NCBI GenBank assembly: GCA_013265495.1
Contig: MU061814.1
Coordinates: forward strand, 4,260,759 to 4,324,758
From: Vicugna vicugna
Lineage: Eukaryota
Direction of reading: 5' to 3'
DNA length: 64,000 nt
Shown here: one piece after another, positions 1 to 11,890 of the stretch
Layout of the letters: each line of letters opens with the position of its first letter
Position numbering within the stretch: position 1 is the stretch's first letter
The notes under the pieces: generated by a model
Told to the model about the DNA's origin: nothing
The model's input: the letters and a program-made list of their open reading frames with translations, nothing else
The model's database searches: none
Made by a program: the position numbers and the translations under genes

Positions 1-964
1 GCCGAGCGCATCACAGTCCTAGCCCGTCCGGCTCAGGCTGTGGCCACGCTGAGCCACGCCGTCTGCGCTGCCCGCGGGCAGGGAGCCGAGCTGCCTTCTA
101 CAGCCCCGGGGCAATCACACCCCTGCGAGGGCTGCGCAGAGCAGCAGCCCCAGGCTGACTGCATCCCTGGATGCTCTGCAAGAGAAGCCAGGGCGAGGAG
201 GGGTCCAGGAGCGTCTCAAAGGGCAGAAAACCTAAGGGTGTTGTCACTGACTACTGGAAGCAGTGGAGGCTTGGAGGACAGAGAGGCCAGGGCGGCCCAG
301 AGCCACCTCGCCTCCTCTCCTGGGTGGTCAGGGAACAAGCACCCTCCCACACCCAGGGGAGAGAAAGCCGCCAGTTCACAGGCCCTCGGTGCCCAGGGCT
401 GCGCGCTCTGTGGGACGTGTGATTGCGGATGGAGAGGCTTCCAGGTGACCGGGTGCACTCGGACGCCATCTGCCCAGAGGCTCGCACCTGCCAGGCAGGG
501 GCCATTCTGGCTCCCACATCGCCTCCTACTGTCTTTACGAGTCCAGGGCCTCTCGGAGCCTTGACGTGGACCCTGAGGACAGACAGAAAGAAGCGGTCCC
601 TGCCCTCCCACCTCAGACCTGCTGGTGAGGTCTGAGGCACTGAGCACGTAGGGGAGGGCGGAGGATGCAGGAAAGCAGGGGGAGGGCCCTAAAAGCAAGT
701 TCAGTCTCAGAGTAAGTAACTTCCATGAGGACTTTGCTGTTCAAGGCCCTGTCACAGACCCAGGCTACCGGAAATCAGAACACATGCTCCAGGGTGAAGG
801 GCCCTAGCCTCCTGAGAAAGACCTTCCTTTCACCCCCTGCTTGAATGCCTCTGTGGATGTGGATCTTACTACCTAACAGGGCAGGCTGTCTGATCTGCAG
901 CAAGCTCCTCTCTGTGCTGAGTTTACATCTGTAAACTGTATGACCTGTGGGAGGAAGAGGCATG

Positions 965-1120
965 GAGGGGCTGGGACTTTGATTCCAACGTCAGCCTGCG
1001 GGGTCAAACCTGCTGGCCACTTATTAGCTAGACTTTGGAAAAGGTACTTGGTCTCCCTCAGCGTTCATCCCCTCGCTGTAAAGTGGAGAAGCTGACACTG
1101 TAAATGCCACAGCACTTTAG
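965..1120 (+). mobile_element. MIR SINE fragment (old, degenerate)
   Basis: GCCACTTATTAGCTAGACTTTGGAAAAGGTACTT...CTGTAAAGTGGAG resembles the remembered MIR core. Confidence 0.55.
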
Positions 1121-1707
1121 ATACTTTATATAGGATGGGACAAAAGCAAGGCCTTGGCTCACAGCAGGTGAGTTTCAGGTCTGGTTTGATCCAGGACACA
1201 ATGATGCAATACCCTCACCCCCTGGGCAGGTCACCATCTCCTGCATCATGGGCAGGCCCACCAGCTCACCCTGCATGACAACCCTGGACAATTCCAAAAG
1301 GCTCAGTTCTCTCCAAGTGCCTGGAACGGTTTTCCTTCTACGCAGGGCCATGTCCACCCTGCGAGCTCAGGTGCTAACCACAGTAATTCAGTCTGGAGCA
1401 GCCTGGCACTTGCTACCTGGGGTGATAATGCGTATAAACCTTAAAGAACACCCTTAGTAAAAATGTCTAGGACGCAGGGCTCAGCCAGGACACCTGCAGG
1501 AAAGCACTTCCCCAAAACAGCACGTCTGGAGGCCCTGGGCCACAGGAGGGGAACGCAGGGTGGGGAGGGGTAGGTGGGAGCCTGGCTTCCTGGAGCCAGG
1601 GGCACACTGGCGCAGGGAGATGTCTTACCGCATTCTTTTTATTTCATTTTGATCTGGATGCAAACAAACTACTGACCCGACATGGCCAAGAGCCCGGCTC
1701 CAGCAGA

Positions 1708-1760
1708 ATGCTGTCACTCAGCCAACAAATATTTACTGAGCGGTTGCCACGTGCTCCACA
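1708..1760 (-). mobile_element. L2 LINE 3' terminal fragment
   Basis: CACTCAGCCAACAAATATTTACTGAGCG is the reverse complement of the typical L2 3' end. Confidence 0.6.
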
Positions 1761-2084
1761 GATGTGCCCCCGGGTAGGGGTGCGGAGGGCGCCCTGCAGC
1801 AGACAGACCAAGCCTCTACTCCCACGGAGTTCCACGCCTCTTGGAAGGACACAGCCCAGCCCCAAACACTTAGCCTGTCACGTGGCGATGTGTGCAACTA
1901 GGAGCAACGAAGCCGGTGGGGATGAGGAGGGATGCTGTCGGCCAGGAGCACCCCTCCTGCGGCACTGCCTCCTCGCCCTCAGTCCTAACTCAGCGCCATG
2001 TGTTTCCGGAGGGAGGAGCAGAGGCCGCCCGGAGAGAAGCGTGTGGCGTGTGCACTGAACTCTGCACGCGGACTGTACCTGCTT

Positions 2085-2447
2085 CTTGCGCTGCTGAAAC
2101 CCATCACCACGAAGGCGCTGCCTTGGAGCAACACAGACTGTTCGCCCCCAGTTCTGGAGGTCAGAGGTCCAAAATCAAGGTGTGGGCAGGGCTGCATCTG
2201 TTGGAGGCTTTGGGGGAGAATCCCTTTCTGTGTCTTTTCTGGTTTCTAGGGGTGCCCTCCTGCCTCCCTCTTACAGAGATCCTATGATGGCACCAAGCCC
2301 ACCAGAGAATCCGGCGTCAGCTCCCACCTCCAGGTCCCTATTGTGATCACATCTGCAAAGACCCTTTTCCAGGTCAGATGACACAGTCACAAGCTCCAGG
2401 ATTTCGGACGTGGGCGTCTTCGGGGACCGTTACTCAGCTGCCCACGC
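2085..2447 (-). mobile_element. MaLR solo LTR (MLT1C/D-like)
   Basis: CAGTTCTGGAGGTCAGAGGTCCAAAATCAAGGTG and CACATCTGCAAAGACCCTTTTCC match remembered MLT1 motifs. Confidence 0.85.
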
Positions 2448-3596
2448 TGACCAGAGAGCATCCTCTGGTCCTCTCTGTGGTGAACTGAGACTCCAGGTCT
2501 GGAGACATCAGGATGTGTCCACGTGGCTGCTCCTTCCTCGACAGGAAAAAGCACACTCTACTCAAGGGATGTACCGTTTTCCTTGCTAAAAAGGGTTTTG
2601 GGTTTTTTTAAAGAACGCACTGATGTAGGATTTCTTTGTTTCAACAACAAGGAAAATGAAAATCTTGGAATGGTTGCCCTTGCTTTTATTTTGTCATAGT
2701 TGCAGAATCCGTTTGGGTGTAGAATGTTCTAGAGTCTTCTCTCCAGCAGGTTTTCTGGGAGTAAGATGCTTGGGGCCACCTGGTGGGTCAGGAGAGGACG
2801 CACGAGTTTACTCTGGGCGTCCTGCCGGCACGCGGCTTGACCTGGGAGCCTGGCCTCCCAGCGTGCCCCCGACGGGAGTGATCACCAGGAAAGCCGCTTT
2901 GTTTACGCCGTCTCCATGGGAACGGCCTGCATGATAGAGCTTTGAGTCTTGGGAACGCGAAACATTTTCACAAACCATCATTAACCCGCTCACAGTTTGA
3001 TGGGCTGCTGCTGTGGCTGCGATTGAAGGGACAGGAGACGGGAGGCAGGGAGACCGTGCAGGGACGATTTCCTCGGACAGAGACGGAACCCTCGGTTGCT
3101 GGCCGGGAAGGAGAAGGGCAGTAAGCGTGGCCTCCAGGGCACGTCACTCCAGCCCTGGTGTCCCCAGTGACAAGCTTTGGAAAGGAAGACGCGTGGAGGC
3201 CACAGGGCCCGGAGTGGCACCCCCTCCGTCCAGTGCCCTTGTCAGAGTGGCTGTCCTTCCCTCTCCAGCGGGTGCAGGGCTGAGCTTGGCCACGACTCGG
3301 GGTCACAGACGCTGCGGTGGTGCCGGAGGGGACAGTGCTCGTGTCCAGGCTGACCCTCCTGGGCCCCGGGGACAGAGACAGTTGGCAGGACCGTGGTGAC
3401 ACTGAGCTCCCTATCTCTTGCTTGTCATCCAGGAGACTCGGGCTGAGAAGCACGTGACCCAAGGTGACCTGTCCTCGTCCCCCATCCCTCTTCTTCTTCT
3501 GGCCTCTGGCCCAGACCCTCCTCTGTGGGTCACATGTAAGGGATTCAGTCATCGTGTGTGCGGTGCTGACAGGGGCACGTGGGGACCCCCAGAAAC

Positions 3597-4066
3597 TCTT
3601 GGTCGAGAACAGAGCTCCACCCCAACCACCAGGTATATTTTTTAAACAGAGAAGTTGCCCCCAGTTCCTTATCACAGCCCCCTTGTTTCTGCACCCGGTC
3701 CTGGGAGACATTCTTGTGCTGGAAGAAGGAAGCCCCAGAGAGAAAGGGCTCTTGGCGAGGGGTCTTCGCTCAGTGTGCACTGTGGTCCCTGTCACCCTCC
3801 CCTCGCCTCCCAGATTGGACCTGGGCTCCAGCCCTGCCCCTCGTGACCTCACACCTGGCCACAGCTGGAGGGCACAGTGTGGACACATGACCCGAGTGGG
3901 GACCACTGGATTCTGTGTCCCGGGATTTGGACCTGGGTCTGAGCGGTTCTTGGGTTGGAGTCTCTCCAGTGGGGGATGCAGGAGCGACTGCATGCACGTA
4001 GGGCCGTTGGCGCGGGAAGCAGAGAGCGGGCAGGGAGCCAGCGGAGGCTTGCAGGAGCTTGCGGAA
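3597..4066. repeat. Left arm of local inverted duplication (partner 5245-5805)
   Basis: 3827-3860 is the exact reverse complement of 5457-5490 (34 nt). 3759-3789 is the exact reverse complement of 5528-5558 (31 nt). Similarity is colinear over the whole arm. Confidence 0.95.
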
Positions 4067-4489
4067 GCGTGCAAAATAGCCTAAGCTGAGCTGGGGGTCC
4101 CACGTGGCTCGCAGCCTGAACCTTGCCAGGGCCCTCGGACGGCTTCCCCGAGAGGGAGAGGAGCGAATCCCGCCAGGAACCTGGATCCGGGGCCAGAACC
4201 AGCCACAGGGTCCTGGCTGGGAAGGCAGCCAGAAGGAAGAAGGTCGTGCTGGATGAAATTACAGCGAGGACACGTAAGGACCAAACCTCGGAGGGCTGTC
4301 CCTCCGAGGGCCGGGAGGGACCAGCTGCCCCAGGCCTCTTCCCGTCCTGTGGGCTTGCTGGCAGCCCTTGCTGCTCCCGACGCGTCGATGCCTCTTTCCT
4401 GGGTCGCCCGCCACCCTCACCTGGCCCTCTCCCTGCGTGCCTGCCTGTGCCCAGGTCCCCGCTTTTGATAAGGACATACTGCTTGAGGG

Positions 4490-4612
4490 CCACCCTACTG
4501 GCCTCATGGTAACCTGGTTTTCTCTGTAAAGACCCTCTCTCCAAACAGAGCACGTTCTGTGGTCCTGGAGGGTTAGGACTCCAGCACATGAACAGGGTTG
4601 GGGGGCGATTCG
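4490..4612 (-). mobile_element. MaLR LTR fragment (MLT1A-C-like)
   Basis: AAGACCCTCTCTCCAAACAGAGCACGTTCTGTGGTCCTGGAGGGTTAGGACTCCAGCACATGAA resembles an MLT1 terminus. Confidence 0.75.
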
Positions 4613-4629
4613 GCTTACAACAGACATCA

Positions 4630-4745
4630 CCTTATTTCACCCTCAAGACCAGACAGTGTTGCTGTCTTCAATTTACAGATGTGGAAAGTGAGGCTTTAAA
4701 AGATCAAATGACAAGCCCGATGCTGCGAGCCTTGTGCCCAATGAC
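4630..4745 (-). mobile_element. MIR SINE fragment
   Basis: ATTTACAGATGTGGAAAGTGAGGCT matches the MIR core in reverse. Confidence 0.7.
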
Positions 4746-5104
4746 GCCAGAACGCAGGCCCCAGCAAGCCCCGCCTGCATACGCACTCACCCGCCTCCCC
4801 CTCGGCGTCAGAGAGCGCTCAGCTGTCATCAGCCCGTATTTCTGAAGACGAGCAGGCAACCCTGTCTTTGCTGGGGAGGCGGGCGTGTCACCTAACCTGG
4901 GACTCCCTCGGGTGGGGAGGCCGAGGCAGGCGTGCCGGGGGAGGGAGAAACGGAAAGGGACTAACCTGGATTTCGGAGTGCCCTGAAGGGCTGTAGCCCT
5001 GAGGCTGCAAGTCCAGGATTTAAGGCTCAGGGTGGTTGAAAACAGAGACTCCGAATATCCAAGTCCCCAGGGAGCACACTGGAGTTGGAAGTGTGTTTCT
5101 CCAT

Positions 5105-5490
5105 GTGATCTTTTGTTTGCAAGAAATAGAAACCATCTTGAGCTAGCATAAGCCGGGAGGGAGGGAACCCATGACAAGGACCCCCGCATCTCAGGTAGAC
5201 CAGGTGAGGGATGCGGGCTGAGGCAGGAACGGGCACCGCCACCCGCTCTTCTGGGCTTCCACAAACCTCCGTTGGCTCCCCGCCCCCTCTCTGCTTCCCA
5301 CGCCAATGGCCGTGCATACAGTCACCCCTGGACCCCCGTGCTCTGTCTGTTTGCATTGGAGAGACTCCCACTCAAAAATCTCTCAGACCCAGTCCAAATT
5401 CCCAGGACACAGAATCCACTCAGGTCATGTGTCCACACTGTGGTCCATCCAACTACGGCCAGGTGTGAGGTCACGAGGGGCAGGGCTGGA
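5105..5490 (-). mobile_element. Old MaLR LTR remnant (MLT1K/L-like), partly overlapping the right duplication arm
   Basis: CTTTTGTTTGCAAGAAATAGAAACC...CTAGCATAAGC and CCAAATTCCCAGGACACAGAATC...GGTCATGTGTCCACAC resemble MLT1K/L motifs as remembered. Confidence 0.5.
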
Positions 5491-5805
5491 ACCCAGCCCC
5501 AACCTGGGAGATGAGGGGAGGGTGCGGGGGACCACAGTGCACACTGAGCGAAGACCCCCCCCCCACAAAGAGCCCTTCCTCTCTGGGGCTTCTTTCTTTC
5601 AGCATAAGAATGCCTGGGCTCAGTTCTCATTCTCCCAGGAGTGGGTATAGGAACAAGGGGACCTTGATAAGTAACTGGAGACACTTTCTTTGTTTAAAAA
5701 AGTACCCTGGTGGTTGGGGTCTGTCCTGGGGGTTGGGGGCTGATGTGCTCATGGTTGGGGGCTCTCCTGGAGGTTAGGGGAGCTCTCTTCTCCACCAACC
5801 AAGCA
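5245..5805. repeat. Right arm of local inverted duplication (partner 3597-4066)
   Basis: Same exact matches as the left arm. This arm has extra sequence, including a short GGTTGGGG-based tandem expansion at about 5708-5790. Confidence 0.95.
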
Positions 5806-6579
5806 TTTCAAACCCTGCGGCAGGTGAGCAGCATTGCCATGGTCCTCTGTAAACGGGGCTGCCTGCTTCTGCACCGGTTTCTTAGCAACAAAACACCTGA
5901 CTAATATTCCATTTTTTCCAGGGCTTTAAGAGCTGCAAGATATTAATTCCAAACAAGACATCTAAATTGTTACTCTGGAAACTTGAGTATGTACTCCTTC
6001 ATAGATGAGGTGATAAAATGCCACATTAAAAATAGCCCTGATTGTTTCACCCCGGCCTTCCCAGAAGTGAGATCAGAAGTCTCTGCTCTCAGGTCTGTTT
6101 TGCTGGTTGCTGGTGGCTGTGGCCCGCACCCACCCCCAAACCCCTTCAGTGGCCACTGCAGGAAGGGGGAGCCGGGGCTCGGGGCCCACAGCTCCGGTTG
6201 TGGACTCTCGCGGTCCTGCCTGACCTCCGGATGACCGCGGGCTGTCTCAGTGCCCTCGAGGGGTGTGCAACTCTCTCAGGCTCAGTTTGCCCCCGGGAAG
6301 CTGGGAACACTAGGGGGCTCGCAGGGCGGAACTCGGGGCGGCTGCCGGTGTTCCACGAGCACAGAGAGCAGAGAGAGCTGTGCGGGGAGGAGGCGGTGGG
6401 GGGCAGGGCCTGGGCAGGGTGGTCACTCACAGGGAACAGGAACGGACAAAGGGGCCACGGCCCTGCTGGGACACCAGGATCTGTCCCAGTGGTGCTCAGA
6501 GTCAAAGACACAACTTTATTTGCACTTATTGGGGAAAAATATTTAACAACAAAGAACTGGCCAGTTTCCAATGCTACAC

Positions 6580-9500
6580 GTTAAGGAGCTCGCAAGTCAC
6601 TACACTGTGCTAGCCAACGGAAAGCTGGACAGACTGAAAACTCAACAATTCTTCTCGGCTCCTAGAAAAGGGGGACGCAGAGCAAGCTGCTGCTGCAAGA
6701 TTGGAGAGACAGCCGAGCGCGGGGGCCACAGCATCCCAGAGCAGGGACCCACGCAGGAGCCGGCGCCCGGGCCGGAGAAGCTGAGCGTAGCTGATGAACT
6801 GTGGGAGGCTCAGCTCTGGAAACCCCAGAGTCCCAGTCGTAGGGGCCCCACAGTATCGTGAGACTTACCTCCAGCAGCTCGACAAGGTTCCCACAGTAAT
6901 TATTGGAGAAAAGTCCCCCCCAGGCTCCCAGCACAGGGAGGGAAAGGAACCATTTCCAACCACTCGAGGGAACGCTGTTCTTCCCAACAAGGTCTGCCCT
7001 CAGAGGGCGCCAGGCAACCAGGGCCTGGCCCGCGGGACTGTGAGAGCCCAGCTGACCCGGGGCAGGGAAACGCCAGCTCCAGTCTGCTCCCCTCATCCCG
7101 CCCCTTTCTCTCCGTAAAGGGGGGAAAAGCCAGAAACCCAGGTGAAGTTCACCGCCCAGAGGCACAGACTCCCTAAGAGACGGAGACTTGACCGCAGCGT
7201 CCAGCCCCTCCCCTCCCCCACCTCTCTCCGCCACGGCGCCGAGGGTCTGTTGACTGCGGCTCTTTTCACCCAGAGCGCCGCGTATGACGAGGAAGGAAAA
7301 CCACTAGGCACACCGAGCGATCAGAACAAGCACCTCAGACGACGGTGAAAATACAGTAAGTGCTCTAATGGATAAAATAGGCAGCTGGCAAGAGCAGATG
7401 GGCCACGCAGGCCGAGAGATGGGAATCCTGAGAAAGAACCAAACAGAGATCGTTGAGATAAAACACACTGCGAGACCAATGAAGACTGCCTCCCGCAGGC
7501 TTGTTAGTTAAGCGGAGCACGGCTGAGGACAGAGTGTCTGAGATCAAGGATTTCTCCATAGAGGCCTCCAAATCCAGAAAGCAAAGAGAAGAAAGATGGG
7601 GGAAAAAAGCAAAAAACAAAAGAACAAAATACCCACGGACTGTGGGACAACTACCGAAGGTGTAACACATGCTTAACAGGAGTACCAGGAGCAGAAGGAA
7701 GGAAGGAAGGAACAGGAGAAATGTTTGAAACAGTAACAACAGAGAATTTCCTCAGATTAACGGCAGGCACCGAATCACAGACCCAGGAAGCTCAGAGAAC
7801 ACCGAGACGGATAAGTATTGGAAAATACTAGAAGTGGCTTATTGTCGTCAAACTACATAAAATCACAGATTAAGAAAAAATCCTGAAGGAGCCAGAGGAT
7901 GAAGCACCTTATTGTAGAGGATCAAAGACAAGAATTACATCTGACTTCTCCACAGAAACAATTCAATCAGGGAGAGAGTGGAGTGAAATATTTCAAGTGT
8001 TGAGAGAAAAAAAAATCCCCACTGGACTAGAATTCTGTAACCTGTGAAATTATTCTTCAAAAGTGAAGGGGAAAGAAAGACTTTCTCCGTCAAACAAAAA
8101 TTGAGGGCATCTGTTGCCAGTAGACCTGCCTTGTAAGAAATAAGAAAGAAGTTCTTCAGAGAAAAGGAAAATAATTTAGGCCAGAAACGCACATCTACGT
8201 AAAGAAAGAAAGAGCACTGAAGAAAGGATAAGTGAGGTAAAAGAAAAATGTACTTTCCCCATTCTTCACTGATCTAAGAGGTAGCAGGTTGTTCGAAATA
8301 ATAACAGCAACATGTTTGATTATGTCTGCTTATGCATGTAATATATATGTGCTTATGTGTGTTCAGATGTAAGTGAGATGAATGAAAGCATGGTACCAGC
8401 AATGAGAGGAAGAAGTGCTGATTATTTTGCTGTTATAAGGAACTCACATTATTAGTGAAAATGTATAGTGTTATTTTTGAAAGTGCACTTGGATTAGTTG
8501 TAAATGTATATTGTAAACTCTAGGGCAAGCACAAAAAAGTTTTTTTATAAAAATTTTTTTTAGTGTATAACTAATTTGCTAAGAAATGAGAGAAAATGAT
8601 ATAATATTAAATGCTCAATTAAGACCACAATAGACAGATAAAGGACAGAAGCAAAGGCAGAAACAAATAACCAGGGCAACGGATAGAAAGCCGTGATGAT
8701 TATGGTAGCTGTGAATCCAACCGTGTCAGTAATGACTTGGAATGTCAAAGGCCTAAATGCACCAATTAAGACAGAGGCTGTCAGAGAGCATCAATAAACA
8801 AGATCCAGCTCTATGCTGTTTACAAGAAACCCATTTTAAATATAAAGACACAGACATATTAGAAGTAAATGGATGGAGGAAATATACCACGGCAACACTA
8901 ATCAAAAGAAAGCAGGAGAAATTACCTAACTGCAGACAGAGCAGACCTAAAAACAGGGGAAGTCATCGGGATAAAGATGGGCTTTACACATGATAACACA
9001 GTCATTTTCCTGAGAAGACATAACAACTTTTAACAAGTGTGAGCCTAACAACAGAGCATCAAACTGCATGAGGCAATAAATGGACAGAACGGCAAGGAGA
9101 AACGGATAAACCCACGGTTATCACTGGCAACTTCAACATCCTGTATCAGAAACACCGACCCAGCAGGCAGGCAGGAAGTCAGTACGTACGGCGTTGAATT
9201 CAACAACACCATCAATCAACTGGATGTAATTGGCGTCTATAGACACATCCATCCAACAGGAGCAGAACACACATTTTTTTCAAGCTCACGCGAACACGCA
9301 CCAAGGAAGGCCACGTTCTGGGCGGAAAAACCCGCCGTAGCAAGTCTAAAAGAACAGAAGTTGCACAGTGTCGCCTGCAGACCACTGCACAATTAAACCC
9401 AAAATCCGTAATAGAGAGATGTCCCGAAAAACCCCAGAACATTTGGAAGTTAAAAACACACTTCAGAATAGCACATGGGTCAACAGAGAAAACTTAAGAG

Positions 9501-11890
9501 AAGTTTTAAAACATTTTAACTAAAGCAAAATATAAACAGACTTACCAAAATTTGTGAAACTCGGTGAAAGCAGTGCTTACAGCATTGAATGCATATGATG
9601 GAAAGATCTAAAATCAATAATCAAAGTTTCCACTTCAGAAAACTAGAAAAGAAGATAAACATCAAATCCAAAGGAGGCTGAAGGGGAAAAAAATAAGAAA
9701 TCAATGAAATTAAAAACAGGAAATCACCAGGAAAAAAATCAGTGAAACCAAAAGCTGATACCTTGAAAAGATCAGGAATACCAACAGGCCTCCAGCCAGA
9801 CTAACCAAGAGCGAGCGAGGGGACACGAGGTGCTAACAGCACAAAGAAGCAGAGAACATCTCTACGGCACCACGGACGCTACAAGGCTAACCTAGGACTG
9901 TTGTCAACAGCTCTGTGCCCACGGATTGGATAACCCAGATGAAGTGGGCCAGTTCCTTGAGAGGCACAATCTGCCAACACTCATGTGAGAAGAAACAGAC
10001 TATCTGAACAGGCCTGCATCTATTAAAGACATTAAAGAAATAGTTAATAACCTTTCAGAACAGAAAGCACCTGGCCCAGATGGGCTCACTGGCGAGTGCT
10101 GCCAAACATTGGAGGCGGCAAGTCAAGCCAAATCTCCAGAATCTCTCTCAGAGTTTAGAAGCAAAAGGAACGTTTCCTAACGCGTTCTATGCGGATAGTG
10201 TTACTGTAACGCCCAAACTAGACGAAGACTTTGAAAGAAGAGAAAACTACAAGCCAGTATCTGTCTTGAACATACAGTGAGCATCCTCAGCAGCACGTTA
10301 GCTAATGAAGCCCAAAAGCGTGTAAAGTGAGTTCCACACCTTGACCGAACGCGACTCATCCCATGTACGCAAGGCCGGCTCAGTACTCGAAAGTCAGTTA
10401 ATGTGAGCCATCATCTCAGCCGACCACCGAGGGAAATCACATGGTCGCATCAAGAGACGCAAAAAAAGCATTCAACAAAACCCAACATCCGTTCGTGGTT
10501 AAAAACACCCTCTCAGTAAACTAGGAATAGTGAAGAACTTTCTCAACTTTACAAAGAACACCTGCAAAAAGCTGTCATACTTCGTGGTGGGTGGGACACC
10601 TGAAGCTCCCCACTAAGAGCAGGTACCAGACAGCGATGTCCCCTCTCATCGCTCCTTTGCAGCATTGTACCAGAAGTCCTTGTTAACGCCATTTAATGAA
10701 TTTTAAAGAACAGGAAATAAGATGTATACAGATTGGGAAAAAAGACATAAAACTGTCTTTTTTCACAGATGACATATCATCTATGAAGAAAATCTTAAAG
10801 AATTGACCAAAAATACCCACACACACAAAAAAAAAACCCCACAAAAAACCCCCTCTCCTAGAACTAGTAAGCAATTATAACAAGGTTGTAGGATACCAGA
10901 TTACTATACAAAAGTCAATTGGTTTCCTACGTACCAACATTAAACAAGTAAAATTTGAAATTAAAAACAAAATACCCTTTATATTAACACCCCAAATGAA
11001 ACATTTATGTATAAATCTAGCAAAATTAATGTAAGATATATATGGAAAACTGTAAAATTGTGATGAATGAAATCAAAGAACTAAGTAAGTGGAGAGAGAT
11101 TCCAAGTTCACAGATAGGAAGACTCAATTGTCACCATGTCGATTCTCCCCAACTTGACCTATAGATTCATCGCAATCCCAGTCCAAACCCCAGCAAGATC
11201 TCTGAAGGATATTGACAAACTGATTTTAAAGTTTACATGGAGATGCAGAAGGCACAGAATTGCCCACTAAACAGTGCTGGAGAAGAGCGAAGTCGGAGGA
11301 CTGACGCTGCCCAACTCAAGCCTTTATGAGGCTAAGTAATAAACACACTGGGGTCCATCCAGGCAGTAGAATATTATTCAGCACTAAAAAGGAATGGGCT
11401 CTCAAGTCGTGAAAAGACAGGGAGGAACTTAAGCGCATGTTACTAGAGAAAGAAGCCAGTCTGAGAGTGCTACAGGCTGTCTGACCCCATTTCTATGACA
11501 TTCTGGAAAAGGCAAAACTATGGAGACAGTAAAAAAAAAACACTAGTGGTTGTCAAGGTGGGGAGGGGGGAGGAGTGGTCCCCCAGAGCACAGAGGCTTT
11601 CCGGGCAGTGAGGATGGAATGTTACGATGATGCGCGCGTGCCGTTACACGCCTGTCCGTGGCCGTGGAATGCACAGCTCCAAGCGAGCCCGAATGTGAAC
11701 TGCGGAGTCTGGGTGACGATGCTGCATCTGGGTTCATCTCTGGTTAAAAGAAAAGCCTCACTCTGGTGGGGGATGGTGATGGGGGCAGTGCATGTTTGGG
11801 GGCAGAAGGTATATGGGAAATCTCTGTACCTCCCCCTCAATTTTGTTGTAAACCTAAAACTGCTCTTAAAATAAACCTGCTTTAAAAAGC
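6580..11890 (+). mobile_element. Ancient, nearly full-length but inactivated LINE-1 (L1MC-like) with 5' region, ORF1, ORF2 remnants and 3' UTR
   Basis: The 8757-8993 translation (RQRLSESINKQDPALCCLQETHFKYKDTD) is an L1 endonuclease remnant. ORF1 coiled-coil-like DNA lies at 7330-8200 and reverse transcriptase (RT) motifs at 9900-11340 (e.g. CTGTCTTTTTTCACAGATGACAT). The 3' UTR has GACATTCTGGAAAAGGCAAAACTATGGAGACAG and AACCTAAAACTGCTCTTAAAATAAA. Many stops and frameshifts. Confidence 0.95.

Noticed and set aside
2968-4074. 368-aa minus ORF and similar-looking plus ORFs at 5211-5777, suggesting a gene pair
   Set aside because: The similarity comes from the inverted duplication. Frames are not preserved between arms and no domain is recognisable.
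8757-8993. L1 endonuclease-like ORF as a functional gene
   Set aside because: A fragment of a decayed L1 ORF2 with frameshifts and stops on both sides.
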